Origin: Candidatus Omnitrophota bacterium
GTDB taxonomy: Bacteria > Omnitrophota > Gorgyraeia > Gygaellales > JAQTUX01
Direction of reading: 5' to 3'
DNA length: 64,000 nt
Assembly (NCBI GenBank): GCA_028707125.1
Contig: JAQTUX010000002.1
Coordinates: 336,355-400,354 of the forward strand
Shown here: positions 1 through 7,116 of the stretch, piece after piece
How the letters are laid out: each line of letters begins with the position of its first letter
Position numbering within the stretch: the stretch's first letter is position 1
Translations under genes and position numbers: made by a program
The notes under the pieces: model-generated
Database searches by the model: none
What the model saw: the letters and a program-made list of their open reading frames with translations, nothing else
What the model was told of the DNA's origin: nothing

Positions 1-1985
1 GCCGGCTTATCGGCGAGCTCCTTAACGGCGCTCCATAGAGAACCAAAACCGTAACTGCCCCTGTAGGCGTTGGCGGAAAATATATCTATATCCGCGGCAT
101 ATTTGGCGAACGCGTCAAGGAATAAGGTATCGCCGTTGCAGAGCGCTACGGGATGATCCGCGTCCATGGATTTTATCATTAACGCCGCCTCATTGGCGAA
201 CTGAAAGAATGCCTTAGGGTTTTTGTCCGCGTTGCAGGCAACGCCGTAAACATTTTCGTTGCCCAGAAGCCACATCAACACATACGGCTCGTCCTTGAAT
301 TCCTCTACCATACGGCGCACGGACGCGAGCATATTCTTTTTATGCTCGGGGTTTGCGTAATCCGTGCCCTTCGCCCATTCGGCGTTGGAGCCGATAGCGT
401 ACTTGCCCAGAAAATCGCCTATTATGACCCGTATGCCGTACCTGTTATACATATCGCGCAGCAGCTCTTTGCTTATCTTTAAAGGATGGTGATAGAGCCG
501 TATCGTATTCACCCCCATTTCTTTCATCAGCTGAAAATCCCCCACAGCCGGCTCTCCCGCGTCCTGCTTGTTATTACCGTTTTCGTCCACAAACGAATCA
601 TACGGCCCGTCTATCCTGCCGTTTTTGTCGGAATCCTCCGTCATCCAGTTGCCCAATGTGCCTTCATCAGGCGACTGGCCGACCCTGGTCGGGGCATAAG
701 TTATGCCTTTGATCATATAAGGGCTGCCATCCACAAGAAGCTGCCAATGGCTGTTCTGGTATTGGACCAGGCGCACCTTGCCCTTGCCCAGAGCCCTGCT
801 TACGCCGATGTCTTTGGCGGATTTCCTGGAAAATATCTTATCGGTGAGATTGACCTTTATAAACCTGCCGGGGTCTGTAATGACGATATCGTTGCTTATG
901 TCGTTATCAAAACCGTTCAATATTTTTATATACGCCCCTTCTAAACGCAGGTTCAGATCGGGGTTGCCGCGCAGAATGGATTCTATTTTGGCAAGGGCGG
1001 TCTGGCCCACGTACCATGGCGTATGCCAATATGTCCAGCCGTAACTGCCGGGAAAATGCACCGCTATCGCGTGGTAGGCCTTTAACGCGTGTTTGATCAA
1101 ACCTGATTTTTCCAGCAATTCCCCGATATAAAACAATTTAACCCCTGCCGGCTCAGCGGCGATTATCCAGTTGAAAAACGCGGTCTGCAGATCCGGGCTG
1201 TTCATATATTGCCAGTGCAGGCCCTGCTTGACCTTGCCCTCTTTTACGGCTGTTATGAATCTCTGGTCAAAACGGTGGGAAGACGTATTCGGGTGTATGC
1301 CTTCCCCGGCGGCCATGCTCAGGCCTTCCTGATCCTTTACAATGTACTTATAATCCCTTGTGCCCGCCCCCTTGAACTCTCCGTATTTCTCGTAATCAAC
1401 AACATCCGCTCCGGGGTCATGAAGCGCTATAGGGATCAGATTCTCCCGCGATGCCTCCTCGCCCTCCTCCCCTGTGTCGCCCCTTATTATCTTGTTGATC
1501 TTGGTTATGCTGTCCCGCGCCTTCTCAGTCACGCTCCAGAACCATCCGCGGGGGTCCCATCCCCAGGCATACTTGTATTTATCCAGAACGATGTTAAGCG
1601 CGGCCTTGGCCTTTTCCCACTCCTGATCGCGCATATGGACCTCGCCCTGTATAAAATAAGCCACTGCCACATCGTTGAGCTCCTGCAGGCCTGGCGTGCC
1701 TTCCTTCGGCATGGCATTGAGCGATGACTGCTGCTCCTGCGCCTGCTTCGCGTAAAGCTCTATGCATTGACCGGTGTATTCCAATGTCTTCTCCGCGTCG
1801 CGCTTTCCGTGCGCCTCCCAGGATTTTTCTATAAGATCTTTGGAGGTCAAGACTGCATCCTGGGCAAAACATGTTAGCGAAAAATGCAAAACGAAAAACG
1901 TAAAACCAAAGTTTAAAACTAAAAACTTTAAATTTTGCGCTTTAACTTTTCGCTTTTCGCTTTTCGCTTTTCGCTTATCTCTCAT
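1..1985 (-). CDS. Secreted glycoside hydrolase, clan GH-A TIM-barrel (GH2/GH5-like); 3' end lies beyond the window start
   Basis: Reverse-complement translation from the ATG at 1985..1983 gives MRDKRKAKSEKRKVKAQNLKFLVLNFGFTFFVLHFSLTCFA|QDAV..., a classic signal peptide with positive n-region, hydrophobic core and an AxA-like cleavage site. Further downstream the frame reads ...VIIGDFLGKYAIG...EFKDEPYVLMWLLGNENVYGVACNADKNP..., where LGNE resembles the acid/base Glu motif of GH-A hydrolases. The frame stays open to position 1. The start codon overlaps the upstream permease stop (ATGA at 1982-1985), indicating translational coupling. This gene is absent from the supplied ORF track because its stop is off-window. 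Confidence 0.6.
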   Translation of the reverse strand, partial: MRDKRKAKSEKRKVKAQNLKFLVLNFGFTFFVLHFSLTCFAQDAVLTSKDLIEKSWEAHGKRDAEKTLEYTGQCIELYAKQAQEQQSSLNAMPKEGTPGLQELNDVAVAYFIQGEVHMRDQEWEKAKAALNIVLDKYKYAWGWDPRGWFWSVTEKARDSITKINKIIRGDTGEEGEEASRENLIPIALHDPGADVVDYEKYGEFKGAGTRDYKYIVKDQEGLSMAAGEGIHPNTSSHRFDQRFITAVKEGKVKQGLHWQYMNSPDLQTAFFNWIIAAEPAGVKLFYIGELLEKSGLIKHALKAYHAIAVHFPGSYGWTYWHTPWYVGQTALAKIESILRGNPDLNLRLEGAYIKILNGFDNDISNDIVITDPGRFIKVNLTDKIFSRKSAKDIGVSRALGKGKVRLVQYQNSHWQLLVDGSPYMIKGITYAPTRVGQSPDEGTLGNWMTEDSDKNGRIDGPYDSFVDENGNNKQDAGEPAVGDFQLMKEMGVNTIRLYHHPLKISKELLRDMYNRYGIRVIIGDFLGKYAIGSNAEWAKGTDYANPEHKKNMLASVRRMVEEFKDEPYVLMWLLGNENVYGVACNADKNPKAFFQFANEAALMIKSMDADHPVALCNGDTLFLDAFAKYAADIDIFSANAYRGSYGFGSLWSAVKELADKP
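1947..1974. repeat. Perfect tandem heptanucleotide repeat (TTTTCGC)x4, flanked by imperfect copies, inside codons 4-13 of the glycoside hydrolase CDS
   Basis: Read directly: 1938 cgctttaac ttttcgc ttttcgc ttttcgc ttttcgc ttatct. The unit length of 7 is not a multiple of 3. It encodes the KRKAKSEKRK n-region of the signal peptide. Confidence 0.85.
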
Positions 1986-2830
1986 CCTGCCACCGCTCCC
2001 TGAGTAGCTCCCTTAACGATATATTTCTGCATAAAGATATACACCAGTATTATAGGTAAGGCGGTTATGGTCAAGCCCGCCATCAAAAGCGGATAGCGCG
2101 TAAGAAACTCTCCCTGAAAAGTAGTCAGGGCTACCTGCAAAGGCATAAACGCCTTGCTGTCAAAAATGATCAAGGCGAGGATATATTCATTCCAGACGTT
2201 AAGGGCGTTGAATACCACCACCACCGCGAGTATCGGCCTTGCCAAAGGCAGCGCCACATGCCACCATATGCCGAATTTAGAACACCCGTCCATGCGCGCG
2301 GCATCCTCCAGCTCAGGCGGCATCCTGTCAAAGAATGTCTTGAGCAGAAATATGCTGGTTGAAAGCCCCACGTTTATCATGCACAGGACATAACCCAGCG
2401 GGGTATTCCTCAGGTGCAGCTTATTTAACAATACGTAAAGCGGGACAAATCCTCCCGGAACAGGGATCATCATCGCCGCCATGAACATCATGAACAGCAA
2501 CGCCCTGCCGCGAAAACGCAGGCGCGAAAAGGCGTATGCCGCCATTGAAGCGACCAGTATTATGCCGATGACAACGGAAGCGGTATAGAATATGCTGTTT
2601 AAGAAATACCTGCCGAAGCCCCCCTCTTTCCAGGCAAGATAATAATTCTCAAAATGGGGCTCTTTGGGTATCAGCGAGGTGTCGGTGAATATTGTCTCCT
2701 GCGTCTTAAGGCTTGATGATACCATCCAGGCAAGGGGGAATACGCAGCTGACCGCGACCGTGATCAGCAGGATATGGATAAGCGTATTTATCGTTACATT
2801 CTTTGCCCTGTAATATGACCTGGCCTTCAT
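1982..2830 (-). CDS. Carbohydrate ABC transporter permease (MalG/UgpE-like inner-membrane component)
   Basis: 282-aa ORF with about six hydrophobic helices and the EAA-type motif ...DAARMDGCSKFGIWWHVALPLARPIL... typical of sugar ABC permeases. It is 4 nt downstream of the preceding permease. Confidence 0.9.
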   Translation of the reverse strand: MKARSYYRAKNVTINTLIHILLITVAVSCVFPLAWMVSSSLKTQETIFTDTSLIPKEPHFENYYLAWKEGGFGRYFLNSIFYTASVVIGIILVASMAAYAFSRLRFRGRALLFMMFMAAMMIPVPGGFVPLYVLLNKLHLRNTPLGYVLCMINVGLSTSIFLLKTFFDRMPPELEDAARMDGCSKFGIWWHVALPLARPILAVVVVFNALNVWNEYILALIIFDSKAFMPLQVALTTFQGEFLTRYPLLMAGLTITALPIILVYIFMQKYIVKGATQGAVAG

Positions 2831-2834
2831 TGGG

Positions 2835-3713
2835 TCAAACCTTCCTCGCTTTGGAGAAACGGTACTGCACGAATGAAACAGCGACTAAGATCGCGCCGAA
2901 CGTGATGCCCTGCGCGCAGGCATAGCCGAAACGGGATGAGGCGCGCATTGAATTCAGTATCCTCAAGACCGGGACCGAGGTGTAACCGGCGAACTCCCCT
3001 CCCACTAAACCTATGATCAAGGCAAAGGCCTGCATCGTGCCTAAAATAGTAAGGATGGAGACCAATACGGCCACCGGTATCATAAGCGGCAGTGTGATGC
3101 TCTTAAACGACTCCCAGGCGCCTGCCCCGTCCACGCGCGCGGCCTCATAAAGCCGGCGCGGTATGGTCTGAAGTCCCGCTAAGAATATCAGAAAACCCCA
3201 GCCAAATCCCTTCCAGCAATGCACAATGGCAACGGTAGTCAGGGCGGTCTTCGGGTCTGAAAGCCAGTTGTTCACAAGCTGCGTCAGCCCCGCGCCTGTC
3301 AGGGCGCGGTTAACAAGGTTTGCCCCGCCTACATCATTAATGATGAAGCGCCAGACCATGCCTACGACGATCTCGGAGAGGACGGGCGGGATAAAGAATA
3401 TCAACCTGTAAAAATTCTTCATCCTGATCTCGCGGTCACAGGCCCATGCCAGTAAAAATGCCAGCGCGTTTTGAAAGGTAAGCGCGATCAGGGTGATATA
3501 GCCGGCGTTACGCATTGACTGCCACCAGGCCTTATCCGCCATGATCTCCTTGAAATTGCCCAGGCCGACGAAAACCTTGGCAGGCAGTATCCCGTCCCAC
3601 TCATACATCCCTAAATGAAAAACCCATAAAAACGGAACGACATAGAAGACCGCGAAGATAGCCGCCGCCGGTAATACGAACGCGTAATTTTCCAGTATAT
3701 CTTTGGCCTTCAC
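2835..3713 (-). CDS. Carbohydrate ABC transporter permease (MalF/UgpA-like)
   Basis: 292-aa ORF with multiple TM segments and the EAA loop motif YEAARVDGAGAWESFKSITLPLMIPV. Confidence 0.9.
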   Translation of the reverse strand: MKAKDILENYAFVLPAAAIFAVFYVVPFLWVFHLGMYEWDGILPAKVFVGLGNFKEIMADKAWWQSMRNAGYITLIALTFQNALAFLLAWACDREIRMKNFYRLIFFIPPVLSEIVVGMVWRFIINDVGGANLVNRALTGAGLTQLVNNWLSDPKTALTTVAIVHCWKGFGWGFLIFLAGLQTIPRRLYEAARVDGAGAWESFKSITLPLMIPVAVLVSILTILGTMQAFALIIGLVGGEFAGYTSVPVLRILNSMRASSRFGYACAQGITFGAILVAVSFVQYRFSKARKV

Positions 3714-3714
3714 T

Positions 3715-5223
3715 TTATTCTTTCCTTCTCTCCCCTTTTCGCCTTTCCTCTGCCAGCCTCAGCGCTTCCTGCGCCTCTTCTTTTCGCCTTTCCTCCCTGC
3801 GCCTCTCCAGATGCCGGCGATTCTCATACGCGTGATGCTCGGAGAGGGGGAATGTCGCGAGTATGAAAATGGCGATCAGCGTGGTCACGATGGGAATACC
3901 GATATCAAAAAGCCTCATATACAATAACGCCCGGGCTGTCTGGTTGGCCCCTAACGCGATATTGAAACCGCTGGCATTTATCAGGAACCCGGAAATAAGC
4001 GATGAAACCGCCAGCCCCAGTTTCACCATCCACCAGTACACCGCGCTGTACATCCCCTCTCTACGGGTATTGGTATTGCACTCATCAAGGTCGCACACAT
4101 CGGCGACCATTGAGCTCACCAGAGTAAACAGCGAGCCCAGGCCGAATGCTATGAACGGAGCGGCGATGAGCAGCAAATACGGATGCTGGGGGTTATATCC
4201 TATCCATTTCAAGGCGTAGCCGATGATCGAAAGGGAAAGAGTGATCAGAATGGCTTTTTTCTTTCCGATCATGGTAGAGAGCTTCGTCGCTATGAGGATA
4301 ACACAGAAGGTGCAGATGGAACTGAACGATCCGAACCAGCCCAAAAGCGTGCCGCCCTTGGAATAATCGCCGCCATACACATAGAAGAAAATAACATAGG
4401 CCGAAAATGCGGAGGCGAGCATGAATCCGTTAAAGATCAGGAATGTAGCCGCGCAAAGTTTTACAAATGGGCCGCATTTAAAGGTGTCCGAGAAACCGCT
4501 GAAGAAATGCTTGGTAACATTCCAGGGGCCCTTCCCTCTTTTGGGTTTCGGCAAATTCGCGAAACGCTCTTTGTTGAAAATAGCCGGGAGCATGCCGCCA
4601 ATGGCGATAAAGATACCGATCACTATCGCCAGGACGCGCGCGCCATGGGTTAAATCCTGGAACATATTCTTGTTTTGCATGATCTTGAACAACCAGGGGG
4701 CGACCACCCAGGCAAATTGGGCGACGAAATTGCTGGCTCCCTGCAGGCGCGTGCGTTCATGATAATCGGGCGTCATTTCATAACCCAGCGCGATCCAGGG
4801 AATGGAAAAACAGGTAAATCCGAGGAAAAAGAGGATCTGAAACAATAAGAAATACCAGAAATAGTACATTTCGCTGTGCCCCTGATGAAGCTGGAACATC
4901 AACGCGTAGAAAAGCCCGCCGGAAATAGCCCCAAGGAATATAATGGGCTTGCGGCGGCCCCAGGGTGTGCGGATGTTATCCGAAATGTAGCCGGTAATAG
5001 GATCTGTTATGGCGTCAAAAATACGCGGGATAAAACCCACAAGGCCGACTAAAGCCGGATTTACCCCTAATCCGAGATTCAAAACAATGACCATCGCCCC
5101 AAGAGCGGCGGCCTGAAAACTGTTGACGAACCCTCCTATGCTGTATATGGCTTTTTGAAAAAGAGGAACGCGGTCTTCGCGCGCCGTTACGCGGTGTTTC
5201 GGTTGGCTGGCTGCTTCTTCCAT
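3715..5223 (-). CDS. MFS transporter, glycoside-pentoside-hexuronide (GPH):cation symporter-like, with a charged Glu/Arg/Lys-rich C-terminal tail
   Basis: 502-aa ORF with about 12 hydrophobic helices in two 6-helix halves; an N-terminal GPH-like region reads ...DAITDPITGYISDNIRTPWGRRKPIIFLGA... (DxxxD...RxGRR-type motif). The C-terminus ...ERRREERRKEEAQEALRLAEERRKGERRKE is a low-complexity charged tail. Confidence 0.8.
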   Translation of the reverse strand: MEEAASQPKHRVTAREDRVPLFQKAIYSIGGFVNSFQAAALGAMVIVLNLGLGVNPALVGLVGFIPRIFDAITDPITGYISDNIRTPWGRRKPIIFLGAISGGLFYALMFQLHQGHSEMYYFWYFLLFQILFFLGFTCFSIPWIALGYEMTPDYHERTRLQGASNFVAQFAWVVAPWLFKIMQNKNMFQDLTHGARVLAIVIGIFIAIGGMLPAIFNKERFANLPKPKRGKGPWNVTKHFFSGFSDTFKCGPFVKLCAATFLIFNGFMLASAFSAYVIFFYVYGGDYSKGGTLLGWFGSFSSICTFCVILIATKLSTMIGKKKAILITLSLSIIGYALKWIGYNPQHPYLLLIAAPFIAFGLGSLFTLVSSMVADVCDLDECNTNTRREGMYSAVYWWMVKLGLAVSSLISGFLINASGFNIALGANQTARALLYMRLFDIGIPIVTTLIAIFILATFPLSEHHAYENRRHLERRREERRKEEAQEALRLAEERRKGERRKE

Positions 5224-5247
5224 TAACTGCTCCTTTCTTATTGGCGC

Positions 5248-6570
5248 CTATTTCCGCTCGCGTGCCATTTCCCGCTCTTTAACCGCCTGGGTTTCGGCCG
5301 CTGCCTGTTCAGGGGTTTTCCTGCCTAAGATGATCGCCTGGATCCCTTTGCTCCGGGCCTCGATCACCATTGAAAACTCCGATACGTCCCAGGCGGCGGG
5401 ATGAGCCGCCTGATCCATGCCCCGGGCAAACATCGCGTTGATCTCGGGCATTTTTGAGGCGCTCTGCCTGTTCGCCGGCAGGTTGTTAGTAGCGCCGGAT
5501 AAATAGGCCTGCTGCTGATCATCGGTAAGCCACCGCAGGAACTTTACCGCTTCTTCTTTATTCCTGGAACGGGCGTTGACCATAAACGAAGACCCTGCCC
5601 CGCCCCAGACAGCCATAGGGTGCTGATCACTGACAACAGGCGGCAGCATTGCCGCGTAATCAAGGACGGGATTCATACTTTTATAAACGTTCACGCACCA
5701 TGAGCCGTTAAAGGCGGATACCGCCTTCTCGGTGGCAAAAAGCTGCTCAGCGGTCTTATTCACCATAGTCACGATCCCTGTAGCCAAAATACCGGAATCC
5801 CGCATCTCCTTGAAAAGCGCGAACACCTTGAGCCAATCAGGGTCGGTATAAGGGACTTCCCCGCGTATCGTTGCCAGCACCTTATCCTTGCCCATAATAT
5901 TAAGGGCATAATTATTGGCAAAACAGTCGATCATCCACACCTCAACCCAGCCGGAGACAAAACCTTGCACGCCTTTATCTTTAAACCCGGATGAAGACAG
6001 TTTAGCGCCTATATTCAGAAACTCCTGAAACGTATCGGGAGGTTTAACCCCTAATTCCTTAAGCAGCTTCCTGTTATACACCATCTGGATAGTCATAATG
6101 TCTATGGGCACCCCGTAGATGCCCGCGGCCACTCCATAGGCATTGCCGTATCTGAATTCGTTGACCTCCAGCGCCTTCTCATAGAAACCGTTTCTCCAGG
6201 AGGCGTTATTCTCGTCCATGTAAGGCGTAAGCTCAAGAATGTGGCCCGCCTTAATAAAAGAGGCGAAATCTCTCTTTTCGCCTAATATCCCGAATATATC
6301 GGGAAGGTTTACCCCTTGCGCCGCGGCGCGCACCTTCTGGGAATACGCGTCTGAGGGGGCGTATAATTCAAATGCCACTTTGATGCCCGTCTGCGCCTCA
6401 TATCTCTTTGCCAGCTCCTCAAACACCGGCTTCCTGTCGGTCATCCAGTGCCAGACCGTCAGGGATCTGCCTTCCTGCTTCTTAACAGAGCAGCCCCAGG
6501 AACAAAAAACGGCCGCCAACGCTAAAATAGACAAAAAAATCCCTGTTTTACATCTTCGCATCCAAATCAT
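5248..6570 (-). CDS. Extracellular solute-binding protein (family 1, sugar ABC transporter) lipoprotein
   Basis: 440-aa ORF. The N-terminus MIWMRRCKTGIFLSILALAAVFCSWGCS carries a lipobox-like SWGC. The length and composition fit periplasmic sugar-binding proteins. The SD-like GAGGA sits about 8 nt upstream of the second in-frame ATG (6561), so the true start may be MRRCKT. Confidence 0.85.
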   Translation of the reverse strand: MIWMRRCKTGIFLSILALAAVFCSWGCSVKKQEGRSLTVWHWMTDRKPVFEELAKRYEAQTGIKVAFELYAPSDAYSQKVRAAAQGVNLPDIFGILGEKRDFASFIKAGHILELTPYMDENNASWRNGFYEKALEVNEFRYGNAYGVAAGIYGVPIDIMTIQMVYNRKLLKELGVKPPDTFQEFLNIGAKLSSSGFKDKGVQGFVSGWVEVWMIDCFANNYALNIMGKDKVLATIRGEVPYTDPDWLKVFALFKEMRDSGILATGIVTMVNKTAEQLFATEKAVSAFNGSWCVNVYKSMNPVLDYAAMLPPVVSDQHPMAVWGGAGSSFMVNARSRNKEEAVKFLRWLTDDQQQAYLSGATNNLPANRQSASKMPEINAMFARGMDQAAHPAAWDVSEFSMVIEARSKGIQAIILGRKTPEQAAAETQAVKEREMARERK

Positions 6571-6611
6571 CCTCTTCTGACCCTTGATTTACGGCTGGAA
6601 ATCAGACCTCA

Positions 6612-6640
6612 ATTTTATTATCTATTGGCAGCTGTGTCAA
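6612..6640 (-). promoter_or_regulatory. Sigma70-like promoter for the solute-binding-protein/transporter operon: -35 TTGACA (6640..6635), 17-nt spacer, -10 TAAAAT (6617..6612)
   Basis: The reverse complement of 6605-6645 reads cTTGACAcagctgccaatagataaTAAAATtgagg, consensus -35 and near-consensus -10 with 17-nt spacing, about 40 nt upstream of the SBP start. Confidence 0.5.
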
Positions 6641-6651
6641 GTTAAAATACC

Positions 6652-7014
6652 TTAATTAATCCCCGCCCACCAGTTCCTGGCCAGCTCATCCCTGTGGTTT
6701 TCCCGCACATAGAGGAATATCTTCTCCCTGTCAAGGTCGCCTAACTTGGTAAACCTCAGGCCCCGCTGCTTGTTGAAGACCTCATCCCTGCCCCAGACGA
6801 CCTTTGCCTCGGCCACAATGGGTTCAAGATAAGGGAATGCAACGATCATTTCAACATCGCTGCCCACAGGCAGATCATCCCGGCAGGCGATACGGCAGCC
6901 GCCGAAACTCAAGTCCTCGAGGCGGCATTGCCTGCGCTCATCTGACCCGGGCAGGCAAAATTGCGCTTCCTTCGCCTCGAGCTCCCACCTCGCGCTCCTT
7001 CTTCTTTCCCGCAT
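6652..7014 (-). CDS. PilZ-domain protein (c-di-GMP receptor-like)
   Basis: 120-aa ORF. The N-terminal RRxxxR motif (MRERRRSARW) and the downstream DLSFGGC (D/NxSxxG) match the two c-di-GMP-binding motifs of PilZ domains at the expected spacing. Confidence 0.65.
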   Translation of the reverse strand: MRERRRSARWELEAKEAQFCLPGSDERRQCRLEDLSFGGCRIACRDDLPVGSDVEMIVAFPYLEPIVAEAKVVWGRDEVFNKQRGLRFTKLGDLDREKIFLYVRENHRDELARNWWAGIN

Positions 7015-7069
7015 ACGGCATCATCTCCTTTTGGCCCTGCCTGAATACAGGCAGTGAATATTCTTGTTA

Positions 7070-7098
7070 ATTATATATCTTTAGTAACCGCCTCTCAA
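7070..7098 (-). promoter_or_regulatory. Sigma70-like promoter for the PilZ gene: -35 TTGAGA (7098..7093), 17-nt spacer, -10 TATAAT (7075..7070)
   Basis: Reverse complement: cgcTTGAGAggcggttactaaagataTATAATtaacaag. It lies immediately downstream of the giant-gene stop codon (7117) and upstream of a hairpin (7034-7056) and an AGGAG SD. Confidence 0.45.
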
Positions 7099-7116
7099 GC
7101 GAAACTTATTATCCGT

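Noticed and set aside
486-1872. Plus-strand ORFs 486..944, 778..1044 and 1209..1727, and minus-strand ORFs 1529..1717 and 1594..1872
   Set aside because: They overlap the much longer minus-strand glycoside-hydrolase frame (signal peptide, GH-A-like LGNE motif). That frame is absent from the track only because its stop is off-window. The 1594..1872 ORF is in a different frame and has no features.
6571-6651. Searched intergenic regions and the small-gene cluster for tRNA, rRNA and other ncRNA genes
   Set aside because: No cloverleaf-compatible segments or rRNA-like conserved blocks were seen; the only intergenic signals are the promoter hexamers.
7034-7056. Hairpin downstream of the giant-gene stop considered as a rho-independent terminator
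   Set aside because: On the transcribed (minus) strand the stem is followed by CAAAAGGAG and not by a U-tract, and it lies downstream of the predicted PilZ promoter. It is more likely a 5'-UTR structure.
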